Position numbers and translations under genes: made by a program
Part shown: positions 8,976-18,170 of the stretch, one piece after another
Position numbering within the stretch: the first letter of the stretch is position 1
How the letters are laid out: every line of letters starts with the position of its first letter
Assembly: GCA_947166405.1 (NCBI GenBank)
Contig: CAMVEA010000002.1
Location: 164-64,163, forward strand
DNA length: 64,000 nucleotides
Source: an uncultured Candidatus Saccharibacteria bacterium
Lineage (GTDB): Bacteria; Patescibacteriota; Saccharimonadia; Saccharimonadales; Saccharimonadaceae
Direction: 5' to 3'
Notes under the pieces: generated by a model
The model's input: the letters and a program-made list of their open reading frames with translations, nothing else
Database searches by the model: none
What the model was told of the DNA's origin: nothing

Positions 8976-9836
8976 TTAATAATCCCCCGACCTTAGTTTT
9001 CGCCTTGCTATCAACATTAACTTTTCAATATCATCATATTCAATCACATCAAGCGCCTCATTAAACGAAAACCAAGCAATCCCCTTCATCCACTTTTCGG
9101 GAGTAGGCCGTTCGCGACTATCAAGTGCCTGCACCAGATAAATCTGTGTAGTCATAAGCACTAGTTTATCCATCCTTCGATACTTAAAATGAATTTTCCC
9201 AAGCCACGTAATAACGGAAAGATTCTGTAGACCAGTCTCCTCCTCGATTTCACGTCGTGCCGTCATTTTTGCCGTCTCGCCAGGTTCAATATGCCCCTTC
9301 GGAATCGTCCACCTTTCTTTCGAATCTTGAATAAGAAGTATCTCAATGTCTCTCTTATCCTTGGTAAATCTAAAAACAATCCCACCCGAAGTAGGCTCCC
9401 GCACAATCGCTTGAATAGCACCAGCCCTCTTACCAAACACCGCTGATTTAATCTTGGTAAACGCCGATTCTTTCACTTTATTCTCAGTTGGCAAAGCCTC
9501 GGGTACCTTTAGTTTACGTCTCCCAAGTGGTTCTCTAAACCTAGTTTCACCAGTGGCAACCTCACGATAGTTTTTCTGCTTTTGTTCTATACGTACATTG
9601 AATTTTCTATTATCGCTATTGGTCTGCCCACTATAAATCGCTTTCCTCTGCCCAATTTTGCCACCATAAAAACCACGCCCATCACCAAACGACTGCGCAC
9701 TCACCCCGCCAGAATAACTCGTCTTCCTAGGCGGATTCGTCCTTTTTACCACTCCCCGAGTCGTTCTGTTTACCTTTATCTGACTCGCCCCGTTCAGTGG
9801 ATTTGTTTTCTGTGGATTTATCTTCTGATTCTCCAT
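8976..9836 (-). CDS. NUDIX hydrolase with long basic N-terminal extension (start uncertain)
   Basis: Nudix box [24 protein letters not shown]. The first plausible Met (MENQK, 9836) lies inside nusB. Confidence 0.8.
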   Translation of the reverse strand: MENQKINPQKTNPLNGASQIKVNRTTRGVVKRTNPPRKTSYSGGVSAQSFGDGRGFYGGKIGQRKAIYSGQTNSDNRKFNVRIEQKQKNYREVATGETRFREPLGRRKLKVPEALPTENKVKESAFTKIKSAVFGKRAGAIQAIVREPTSGGIVFRFTKDKRDIEILLIQDSKERWTIPKGHIEPGETAKMTARREIEEETGLQNLSVITWLGKIHFKYRRMDKLVLMTTQIYLVQALDSRERPTPEKWMKGIAWFSFNEALDVIEYDDIEKLMLIARRKLRSGDY

Positions 9837-10278
9837 TTTTTTCTTCAACAATCCCGAGCTGCTTATAAGCCGTACCAAGCACTCCATTGATAAAACGAGA
9901 TGAATTCTCTGAACCAAATGCTTTGGCAAGCTCTACAGCTTCGTTAATAGCTACTTTCGGCGGAATCTTATCTCCACACTCCGAAAGCTCATATAGCCCC
10001 ATCCGTAAGACATTTCTATCTATTGCTGAAATCGAACTAATTGGCCACTCAGGCGCCATCGGTTGAAGCGCAATATCCAACGTCTCAAAATTTTCCGACA
10101 CCGCATGAGCCAAAGAATAAACAAACTCAGTATCACCAAGTGTTTTTTCATAGGGCTCGATATTCTTAGCAATAATAGCGTCCAAATCGACTTCTGGGTC
10201 CTTTGCGAGAGTTCGTAATTCAAATTCGTACAAACTCTGCAAAACAATTACTCTACCTAAATGTCGATTACTAGCCAT
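9727..10278 (-). CDS. nusB: Transcription antitermination factor NusB
   Basis: [41 protein letters not shown]...FINGVLG. Confidence 0.95.
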   Translation of the reverse strand: MASNRHLGRVIVLQSLYEFELRTLAKDPEVDLDAIIAKNIEPYEKTLGDTEFVYSLAHAVSENFETLDIALQPMAPEWPISSISAIDRNVLRMGLYELSECGDKIPPKVAINEAVELAKAFGSENSSRFINGVLGTAYKQLGIVEEKNGESEDKSTENKSTERGESDKGKQNDSGSGKKDESA

Positions 10279-10283
10279 ATTCT

Positions 10284-10457
10284 TTATTCTTCTCTCAATA
10301 CTTTATTAGTTTTAACTTTTAAATTAGGTGTCTTTTTCTTAGTCTCGAAGACCTTCACCGGAGATAACTTATTAACTCTCCTAGCGAGCTTCAACCTAAG
10401 ATGACTCCTACGAAGTCCAGTTTTACGAGGACTGCTTTGTTTCTTGGGTTCAGGCAT
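10284..10457 (-). CDS. rpmF: 50S ribosomal protein L32 (cysteine-free form)
   Basis: Not in ORF track. Hand translation [35 protein letters not shown]... (57 aa), AAGGAG SD, upstream of nusB. Confidence 0.85.
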   Translation of the reverse strand: MPEPKKQSSPRKTGLRRSHLRLKLARRVNKLSPVKVFETKKKTPNLKVKTNKVLREE

Positions 10458-10546
10458 TTTACTCCTTAGTTTTAATAGATAATTTTACTCATTGTACCAC
10501 AAATCACTTCATTAATCAACCTCACCCCTCGCTCTCTGATATATCG

Positions 10547-10753
10547 CTAGTATTCAACCTCTCTCAAGGCTTTTTTAATTGCTGGCCTATCAAAACCCAC
10601 AATTCGTTTGCCATTGATTTCAGTCACAGGAACAGTAGAAATATCACGTTCCTTTGTTGCATCCATCTCGACATAATCGATACCTTTTGATTCAAGCCAA
10701 TCCATCAAGGCGTGACAATATGCACACGACGCCGTAGTATATACTTTTACCAT
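10547..10753 (-). CDS. Glutaredoxin/NrdH-like redoxin
   Basis: VKVYT..CAYC, TVP cis-Pro motif, IVGFD. Confidence 0.9.
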   Translation of the reverse strand: MVKVYTTASCAYCHALMDWLESKGIDYVEMDATKERDISTVPVTEINGKRIVGFDRPAIKKALREVEY

Positions 10754-10820
10754 ATATATTATATTATCACGTTAGGTATTATAAATCAAATATCGACATC
10801 ATTGTGGTATAATATAACAC

Positions 10821-13292
10821 ATGAATAGATATGACCCCATCAAAATCGAGCAAAAATGGCAAGCTGTATGGGACACTACGCACCCCTTTAAGGCTACCGA
10901 AGTCAACAATCAACCCAAAATGTTCCTCGCCGAAATGTTTCCTTACCCTTCAGGTGCCGGTCTTCACGTCGGCCATGTTCGCAATTTTACCATCGTTGAC
11001 GTCCTCACAAGATTTTACACTCAGCAAGGCTTCAATGTCATGCGTCCTTTCGGCTACGATACTTTTGGCCTCCCTGCTGAGAATTACGCCATCAAGACAG
11101 GCATTGCCCCTCAGGAAGTGACCGAGCAGAACATCAGCAACTTTCGCAAGCAAGCCAAGCGTCTCGGATTCGCCATTGACTGGACCCGCGAGATCAATAC
11201 CTCCGACCCCGAATACTATAAATGGACTCAATGGTGTTTTCTCCAACTCTACAAGAAAGGCCTCGCCTACCAGAAGGAATCCTATCAATGGTGGTGTCCC
11301 GTCGATCAGACGGTCCTAGCCAACGAGCAAGTCGAAAGTGGTCATTGCTGGCGTTGTGGTCACGAAGTCGAAAAAAAGAAAATGAAACAATGGTTCTTCA
11401 AAATCACCGAATACGCCGATGAGCTTCTAGCCGATATCGATGCACTCGACTGGCCTGATAAGATCAAAACCATGCAGAAAAACTGGATCGGTCGTTCCAT
11501 CGGCGCAGAGATAGACTTTGACATTGTACAGGAAGGCTCAAAAAGCACTAAGCCCTCGTCATCATCCAAGTCATCTAAGTCATCCAAAAGCCGACAATCC
11601 AAAGCCAATCACACCGTCACTATTGCAACAAGCGACAGCGACATAAATCGTGAAGACGACATAAGTTTTCGCCATATTAAGGTTTTCACGACAAGACCTG
11701 ATACAATCATGGGTGCTACATTCCTAGTAGTCGCCCCAGAATACCCAGGCCTCGACTATTTACTTACCGACGATACTCGCGATACTGTCATTAAATACAA
11801 GCAAGATGCACTTAAAAAATCTGAGATTGAACGTCAAGAAAACAAAGAAAAAACCGGTGTCTTTACAGGCTCCTACGCAGTCAATCCTGCCACCAAAGAA
11901 CAAATTCCTGTTTACGTCGCCGATTACGTCCTAGCCAGCTATGGCACTGGTGCCATTATGGCCGTCCCAGCCTACGACGACCGCGACCGTGAATTTGCTG
12001 AGAAATTCGATTTACCAATTATCGAGGCTGACCTTATCGATCGCGATCTCTACGGCACGCCCAAGACCACCTACAGAATGCGCGATTGGCTTATCTCTCG
12101 TCAGCGTTATTGGGGTTGCCCTATCCCAATCGCCTACGACAAAGAAGGCAACCCTCATCCTATCCCAGAAGACCAGCTTCCAGTTATGCTTCCCGAAATA
12201 CAAGATTATCAGCCTGACAAATCCGGTCGTTCAGCCCTTGCTAAGGCCACCGACTGGCTCAAGGTCCAAATCCCCATCAAGGACGAAAAGACCGGCAAAA
12301 TCCACCTCGAAGAAATGACCCGTGAGACCGACACTCTCGATGGCTACGCCTGCTCGTCCTGGTATCTCTGGCGCTACGCCTCCCCACACGACAAAGCCGC
12401 CGCCTGGGACCCCATAGCTATCAAGTATTGGGAGCCTGTCGATGTTTACGTTGGCGCCGATCACGCCGTAGCGCATCTATTATATATAAGATTCTGGTGC
12501 AAATTCTTCGCTGACTTAGGCTATCTCCCCTTCCGCGAACCCATCAAGAAGCTCATCTATCACGGCTACATTAATGCCCCCGACGGCAAAAAAATGAGCA
12601 AAAGTAAAGGCAACGTCATCGATCCCCTTGATGTCATCAATGACGGCTACGGCGCCGACACGCTTCGCACTTACGAAATGTTTATCGGGCCCGTCGAGCT
12701 CGACGCCGCTTGGGATCCACGTTCTGTCGGTGGAGTTTACCGCTTCTTAAATCGCTGTTATAACTTATGCTTTAAAAGCGACGATTTTGCTTCACCTGAA
12801 GACATTCGTGACAACGGAAGCAAACCAAGCGACCCAGAGGCAAAACAAAACATCATCATTAGGAACAAAACTATCAAAAAAGTCACAACCGACATCCATA
12901 AATACCAATTCAATACCGCTGTCGCTGCCCTTATGGAGTATGTCAACGAGTTGTACAAGCAAGGCGCTTCCGAAGAAGATCTAATCATCCTAGCAAAGCT
13001 CCTGAAGCCTTTCGCACCACACCTGGCTTCCGAAATGCTCGAACATCTAAACGCTACCGATGAATGGCCCTCATGGGACAACCAATACTTAGTCTCTGAC
13101 ACCATCGAATTGGTTGTTCAGGTCAACGGCAAGCTCCGTAGCAAGCTCACCGTCAACGCTTCCGACCTAAGCGACAAAGACAACATCACCAAGCTCGCCC
13201 TTGCTGATCCCAGAATCGCCAAATACACCTCAGATGGAATCAAGAAATCCATTCTCGTCCCTAAAGCCAAGCTATTAAATCTCGTCGTCTAG
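10821..13292 (+). CDS. leuS: Leucine--tRNA ligase
   Basis: MFPYPSGAGLHVGH (HIGH), VFTTRPDT, GTGAIMAVPA, DWLISRQRYWG, KMSKS. Confidence 0.98.
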   Translation: MNRYDPIKIEQKWQAVWDTTHPFKATEVNNQPKMFLAEMFPYPSGAGLHVGHVRNFTIVDVLTRFYTQQGFNVMRPFGYDTFGLPAENYAIKTGIAPQEVTEQNISNFRKQAKRLGFAIDWTREINTSDPEYYKWTQWCFLQLYKKGLAYQKESYQWWCPVDQTVLANEQVESGHCWRCGHEVEKKKMKQWFFKITEYADELLADIDALDWPDKIKTMQKNWIGRSIGAEIDFDIVQEGSKSTKPSSSSKSSKSSKSRQSKANHTVTIATSDSDINREDDISFRHIKVFTTRPDTIMGATFLVVAPEYPGLDYLLTDDTRDTVIKYKQDALKKSEIERQENKEKTGVFTGSYAVNPATKEQIPVYVADYVLASYGTGAIMAVPAYDDRDREFAEKFDLPIIEADLIDRDLYGTPKTTYRMRDWLISRQRYWGCPIPIAYDKEGNPHPIPEDQLPVMLPEIQDYQPDKSGRSALAKATDWLKVQIPIKDEKTGKIHLEEMTRETDTLDGYACSSWYLWRYASPHDKAAAWDPIAIKYWEPVDVYVGADHAVAHLLYIRFWCKFFADLGYLPFREPIKKLIYHGYINAPDGKKMSKSKGNVIDPLDVINDGYGADTLRTYEMFIGPVELDAAWDPRSVGGVYRFLNRCYNLCFKSDDFASPEDIRDNGSKPSDPEAKQNIIIRNKTIKKVTTDIHKYQFNTAVAALMEYVNELYKQGASEEDLIILAKLLKPFAPHLASEMLEHLNATDEWPSWDNQYLVSDTIELVVQVNGKLRSKLTVNASDLSDKDNITKLALADPRIAKYTSDGIKKSILVPKAKLLNLVV

Positions 13293-13293
13293 C

Positions 13294-14535
13294 CTATTTA
13301 CTATTGGTTAGTCGCTCATAAATGTTTATATATTTATCCAGCGTTTTCTCAAAATCATGCTCATGCGCTATTTTTTCCGATGCCTTTGCATATTTCGCAC
13401 GCAATTTTGCATCCGACATTATCTTATACATCGCCTCAGCAATACCATCCACATCACCCACATTGCACAGGTAACCATTTACTCCATCCTGACAGATTTC
13501 GGCCACGGCCCCAGCATCCACCGCAATCAAAGGCAAACCCGAAGCCGCCGCCTCTATTAAGACTATACCTTGAGTCTCAATTGGGCTTGCTGTCGCAAAT
13601 ACAGTACCCACCTTGTATAACTCATACAAATCTTCCCCCACTACACGCCCTACAAATTTTACAGGAAGATTATAGTTACTAACCATTTTTTCCAATCGCG
13701 CCTTGTCCACGCCATCACCTACGACCACCATCTGAATATTCGGCAAATTCTTGCGCGCTTGCTTAAAAGCCTCAATCACTATTCCTATTTTTTTCTCTGG
13801 ATCCACTCGTCCCACATATATCACTGTAGGGACATTATTGGTAATTCCATATTTACGATAGATCTCACTACTTGGCGCCCCTGGCGAGTAATGACTTAGG
13901 TCTACACCATTGCTTACCGCCGCAATCGGCACACCAATATCGCCACGCGACAGCAAGTTCCTAATCGCCTGCTCAGTCGGCATAGTCACAAAATCACTCT
14001 TGCTCTGCCTATTCCTAAAATACGCATACAGCAAAGCATTTACTGGTCGCCTCACTATTCCAGGCATTCTCAAAGGCTCCGTAAATACTTCTGGTTGATT
14101 ATGCTCTGTCGTCACTACGGGCACCCCTTCTCTCCTTGCCCACCTCACTACTGATAGCCCAATCGGATCCGACACTTGCACATGTACCACGTCTGGCTGG
14201 AATTCCTCTAGTATTCGCCCCACAGCATTCTTTGGAAACACCGAAACCCTAAAACCATGCTTGTATAACAATCTCGGTATTTTAACCCCAAATATCTTCT
14301 TTTGTTTAGGTAAAGGATGAATCTGATCCGGATAAACCTTGGCTTCTACCGATTTCAAATACATTGTCTTCACTCCATCCACGGTCCGTGAATATGATCT
14401 ACCAGTTTGCGATGGACAAATTACCATCACCTCATGCCCACGACCAGCCAGTCCCATAGCAAGATTATGTGAAAACACCGCTACGCCATTAATCTGAGGA
14501 TAATACACAGCAGTAGCAATTACTATCTTCATCAC
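13294..14535 (-). CDS. GT4 glycosyltransferase (glycolipid glucosyltransferase-like)
   Basis: YYPQINGV, PDVVHVQ, YVGRVDPEK, ETQGIVLIEAAASG (EX7E). Confidence 0.9.
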   Translation of the reverse strand: MMKIVIATAVYYPQINGVAVFSHNLAMGLAGRGHEVMVICPSQTGRSYSRTVDGVKTMYLKSVEAKVYPDQIHPLPKQKKIFGVKIPRLLYKHGFRVSVFPKNAVGRILEEFQPDVVHVQVSDPIGLSVVRWARREGVPVVTTEHNQPEVFTEPLRMPGIVRRPVNALLYAYFRNRQSKSDFVTMPTEQAIRNLLSRGDIGVPIAAVSNGVDLSHYSPGAPSSEIYRKYGITNNVPTVIYVGRVDPEKKIGIVIEAFKQARKNLPNIQMVVVGDGVDKARLEKMVSNYNLPVKFVGRVVGEDLYELYKVGTVFATASPIETQGIVLIEAAASGLPLIAVDAGAVAEICQDGVNGYLCNVGDVDGIAEAMYKIMSDAKLRAKYAKASEKIAHEHDFEKTLDKYINIYERLTNSK

Positions 14536-14580
14536 ACTCCTTTCTAGCGCCTATCTTTTCACCGAAACGCCCCTGTTATT

Positions 14581-15783
14581 CTATAATTTCTTTGCTTTAT
14601 CCATCTGCGGATCCTTCATTGCGTTGATCTCCTCATAAGTTCGCCCTACCTCTACATCAGGCTTAATCCCCTCGCCATTAATAGAGCGTTCCTTTGGCGT
14701 ATACCACGATGCTGTCGTAACTTTTAACTTCGAACCGCCATCGAGATCAAACAACTCTTGCACTACGCCTTTACCATAAGTCTGCTCACCGACCACAGTC
14801 GCCTTACCATAATCCTGCAATGCTCCCGCAACAATCTCAGAAGCCGACGCAGTCGAACCATTCACCAATACTATTGTCTTCATATCCTTCAAAAGTGCCT
14901 TACCGTGATGCGCATTCGTCACTTTATCACTCGAAGTTTTCGACTTCTGCACAAGCACAGGCTCACCATCCACCCACAAACTCAACAAATCTTGCGCCGC
15001 ACTCACATATCCACCACCGTTACCACGCAAATCAAGTATCACCTTCTTAATCCCTTTGTCAGCAAACTTCTTCGCAAATTCTTCCACCATCGTGCCAGTA
15101 TCATTGTCAAATCTTGTCACAGTCACAATTGCCGTATGCCCATCATATTCCACATATGCAGACACATTATTAATCGTTTCACGCTTCATTTTAAAGTCTT
15201 TCTCTTCACCATCACGCACTACTGTCACCTTAACTTCAGTACCAGACTCACCACGTACTTTCTTTGAAACCTCCTCAGTACTCAACATATACACTTCTTC
15301 ATCATCAACCTTATATATTATATCACCAGCCAACATCCCGACTTTACGCGCCGGATTGTCCGGTAATGTCCGAAGTACTCTCACATATCCGTCCCTCATT
15401 CCCATTTCCACACCTATACCAGCACCGACATTACCATGCAAATCATTTTCAAATTCTTCCGCCTCTTCAGCAGACATATACACTGTATACTTATCACCCA
15501 ACGAGTCCACAAGCCCCCTCTTAGCTCCCTCCACTACCTCACTCTTATCTATTTCGCCATTATACTTCTTCGACAACTTATCATATACATTATTAAGTAC
15601 ATCCCAATTAATCTCATTACTTGCACTTTGTTCTAAACCCAGATACGGCGCCATACCACCGAACCACGAGTTCCAATTTGCACCAACCACCACGCCAATA
15701 AGCATCATCACAGCACCCACGATAATAGCATTCCCGAGCGTAACTTTCCTGACTTTCCATTCTTGTTGATTTTTCTCTACCAT
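14581..15783 (-). CDS. S41 family C-terminal processing protease (CtpA-like) with PDZ domain
   Basis: N-terminal TM, GIGVEM PDZ, DLRGNGGG, TASASEI, GEQTYGKG. Confidence 0.93.
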   Translation of the reverse strand: MVEKNQQEWKVRKVTLGNAIIVGAVMMLIGVVVGANWNSWFGGMAPYLGLEQSASNEINWDVLNNVYDKLSKKYNGEIDKSEVVEGAKRGLVDSLGDKYTVYMSAEEAEEFENDLHGNVGAGIGVEMGMRDGYVRVLRTLPDNPARKVGMLAGDIIYKVDDEEVYMLSTEEVSKKVRGESGTEVKVTVVRDGEEKDFKMKRETINNVSAYVEYDGHTAIVTVTRFDNDTGTMVEEFAKKFADKGIKKVILDLRGNGGGYVSAAQDLLSLWVDGEPVLVQKSKTSSDKVTNAHHGKALLKDMKTIVLVNGSTASASEIVAGALQDYGKATVVGEQTYGKGVVQELFDLDGGSKLKVTTASWYTPKERSINGEGIKPDVEVGRTYEEINAMKDPQMDKAKKL

Positions 15784-15894
15784 ACAATATATTATAGCAC
15801 AAGTTTATCCATTACAATTAACGAACTTGCAAAATCCTGTTACTGTTCGCTCCTAGGCAGATCATATCATCGTCCTACAAAACAACAACGCCAC

Positions 15895-15993
15895 TATCCC
15901 CCGGGCGGGTCCTGTCGTCGCCTCCTCCCCCACGTCGCTAAGGCTCCGTGGGGGACCCCCTCCGGCGACACCACCCGCCCATAAGGGGCAATA
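15895..15993. other. GC-rich long hairpin element between the FISUMP gene and the S41 protease gene
   Basis: GGGCGGGT/ACCCGCCC (15903-10/15973-80), TGTCGTCG/CGGCGACA and TCCCCCACG/CGTGGGGGA around loop TCGCTAAGGCTC. Far higher GC than its surroundings. Confidence 0.8.
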
Positions 15994-16112
15994 ATCGTAA
16001 GTCGAGTCGTCAATCTACCCTCATGGGTCTAAGACTCTTGAGGAGTAAATCTTGAGTTTCCTTAATTATGTATCCTTGGGAGCAACCCCCGACTGCATCC
16101 ATCAGCAATCGT

Positions 16113-17993
16113 CTAGGAACTTGCTAAGCACCTAATAGTCCTACCGAAGTACTTATAGTTGCTGCTAGTACCTGGGTCGACATTTGCGCTACCCAGACCC
16201 AAGTAGTAAGCGTTGTTGTTACTGTACGCGGTAGACGACCAGTAGTTGCCGTAGCTACCTCGATAGTAGACAGACCCGCTGTTGACGTAGCCGGAGTAGA
16301 GGAAGTTATTAGGATAGCTTCTAATAGCTACTGTAGCAGTTTTGTTAGCAACATTAGTTACGCTGTTGCCGTAATAGCCATAACCATTTGATGCGTTCTG
16401 GTCTGGTTCAATACTATTACCGCTACTATCTTTCATAATGGATTTACCTAGTACATAGAAATCTGCAGTAGTATTTACGGTTGTTTGTCCACCAGTAGGA
16501 AGGCGCCAACCACTTGGGCAAATTGAAGTGTTAGTAACGGAAGCATTACTGGAAGCATAGTTGTTAAGATCAGCAATAGCAGCAGCCCAAGTGTAATAGT
16601 TGCCATAGCTGTATGTATTGGCGCTTGTAGCAGGAGCAGAGGCTCTATCAGATGTGTTTTGGTTGTTATAGCGTGGGAATCTGTAGCCCGCAATAGTTGT
16701 GCCAATGTTTGTCGTGTTATCTGCTCCATCAGTGCTATATAGGCTATTGGCAGTAGTGATGTTATTCCTCCATGGTGATTCTGGATTGGCAAGACCAGCG
16801 AAATTACCATAAGTGGCATTTGTAGCGTAGCCTTGTGCTAGTGCACCAGTAGAATTATCGCTATTAGTGTTATCTAAGCGCATGTTCTCAATCATCCAGC
16901 ACTTACCGTCTGCGAGTTTAGCGATGGCGTAGGTGTTGTTGTCGCGCTGGTCAGTAAGGGCGGAGACGGAGGCGAGGTTTGCAGTGCCGTCTATTGGAGC
17001 AGACGTGAGGGAGTTACAGACACTAGCTACTTTGGTTGAGTCTTGGAGGTTACCTTGGCTCTTAACCCATACAGCATAGAGTGAGAGACCTGGATTGGCG
17101 CCAGTGTAATCAGCAGTATTTAGCGTGATGTCCTCCATTGGTCCATAGAACTTAGCCTCAGGGTTCGTGGCATAGTCATATTTATCGCTCCACCCAGCGA
17201 AACCATAGCCAATACGGCTGAAGTTGGATGGGAGGAGAGTGACGGAAGATGATACGCTTTGAGTGCTCATAGTACCTACCACATCATTAGCACTAGGACT
17301 ATAGCAGATTTTACCACTAGCACAACTCATAGGACCATCCTGTGGGAGCTTAGTAGCAGGATGAATCATTGTATACTTCACTTTACCTACATAAGTATCA
17401 GCTGCTTGCGTAGCAGAAGTATGGAACCTATATGTGGCACTAACACCAAATGAAGTAGCATCAGTAGTATTAGAGTTCCTAGCAGCGACTTTAGTATAAG
17501 TACTTGGTACTGTAGTATAGGTGCTTTGTAGGAAATCTGGTGCCGTATATCCATCAGCATTCATTAGCTTCATAGACCAGTTGGAGGTGGAATCATTAGT
17601 ACCAGTAGCAATATTGCCAAGTGTACCAATCATATTAGTATTGCCATATTCATCATTAGAGTATCCAATCGCATAAATAGCAAGCCCTCCAGGATCATTA
17701 CAGGTAGCAGTAAATGTAGTAGCACCTACATTCTCAGCTGTATCATTATTAACCATCGTAGTACTATGAGGAGTAGTATTAGCAGTACTCATTGAGCAAG
17801 CCTCAGCTACTGTGACAGAAGCATTAGCCGAAGTCGCTCCATCCGCCACCACTCTTACTGCACCAGCCACTATTCCACTTATCACTGTAATTCCTACAAG
17901 CCCTAATGACACCATACTAATCAACCCAGTATCGGCATCAATGTGTTTTACTAGTTTTCTTTGATGCTTCTTCATCTCAATTCTATCCTCCAT
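16113..17993 (-). CDS. Exported FISUMP (Fib_succ_major)/C-type-lectin-like domain protein; probable DGR target (start may be 17975)
   Basis: N-terminal hydrophobic anchor, LTDQRDNNTYAIAKLADGKCWMIENMR, GNYYTWAAA, ICPSGWRLPT, C-terminal GNYWSST...GRTIRCL. Confidence 0.85.
   Translation of the reverse strand: MEDRIEMKKHQRKLVKHIDADTGLISMVSLGLVGITVISGIVAGAVRVVADGATSANASVTVAEACSMSTANTTPHSTTMVNNDTAENVGATTFTATCNDPGGLAIYAIGYSNDEYGNTNMIGTLGNIATGTNDSTSNWSMKLMNADGYTAPDFLQSTYTTVPSTYTKVAARNSNTTDATSFGVSATYRFHTSATQAADTYVGKVKYTMIHPATKLPQDGPMSCASGKICYSPSANDVVGTMSTQSVSSSVTLLPSNFSRIGYGFAGWSDKYDYATNPEAKFYGPMEDITLNTADYTGANPGLSLYAVWVKSQGNLQDSTKVASVCNSLTSAPIDGTANLASVSALTDQRDNNTYAIAKLADGKCWMIENMRLDNTNSDNSTGALAQGYATNATYGNFAGLANPESPWRNNITTANSLYSTDGADNTTNIGTTIAGYRFPRYNNQNTSDRASAPATSANTYSYGNYYTWAAAIADLNNYASSNASVTNTSICPSGWRLPTGGQTTVNTTADFYVLGKSIMKDSSGNSIEPDQNASNGYGYYGNSVTNVANKTATVAIRSYPNNFLYSGYVNSGSVYYRGSYGNYWSSTAYSNNNAYYLGLGSANVDPGTSSNYKYFGRTIRCLASS
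16116..16310 (-). other. Candidate DGR variable region (VR)
   Basis: In the last 65 codons, 9/11 Tyr are TAC, 7/9 Asn are AAC and there are five AGC Ser. The residue pattern fits A-to-N changes in AAY codons. Confidence 0.6.
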
Positions 17994-18082
17994 ATATTAC
18001 ACCCATTATATCATACTATTTATGTTTTAATGCAAAATTCGTTTTTTCACTCACCCACCTAGAGAATAACAAATAATCATCA

Positions 18083-18170
18083 AAATCCGAATTGGAATTC
18101 ACTTCCAATTCGGATTTCATCCTGGTTTCTTTTGTTGGGGTTTTCTTTTCCGAAAGAAAACCCCAGATTA
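18083..18170 (-). repeat. Double-hairpin dispersed element, copy 2
   Basis: AAATCCGAATTGGAA-TTCAC-TTCCAATTCGGATTT (18083-18117), 18-nt linker, TGGGGTTTTCTTT-TCCG-AAAGAAAACCCCA (18136-18165). Starts 5 nt after the CHAP gene stop. Confidence 0.85.

Noticed and set aside
15870-15897. TACAAAACAACAACGCCACTAT resembles the VR segment TACAGTAACAACAACGCTTACTAC, suggesting a DGR template repeat
   Set aside because: Too short, needs indels, lies on the opposite strand and the differences are not adenine-specific; most likely a chance AAC run.
15903-15980. Long hairpin as SRP (4.5S) RNA, 6S RNA or tRNA
   Set aside because: No CAGG/GGAA/AGCA domain IV arrangement, too short and lacking a central bubble for 6S, and no cloverleaf or T-loop.
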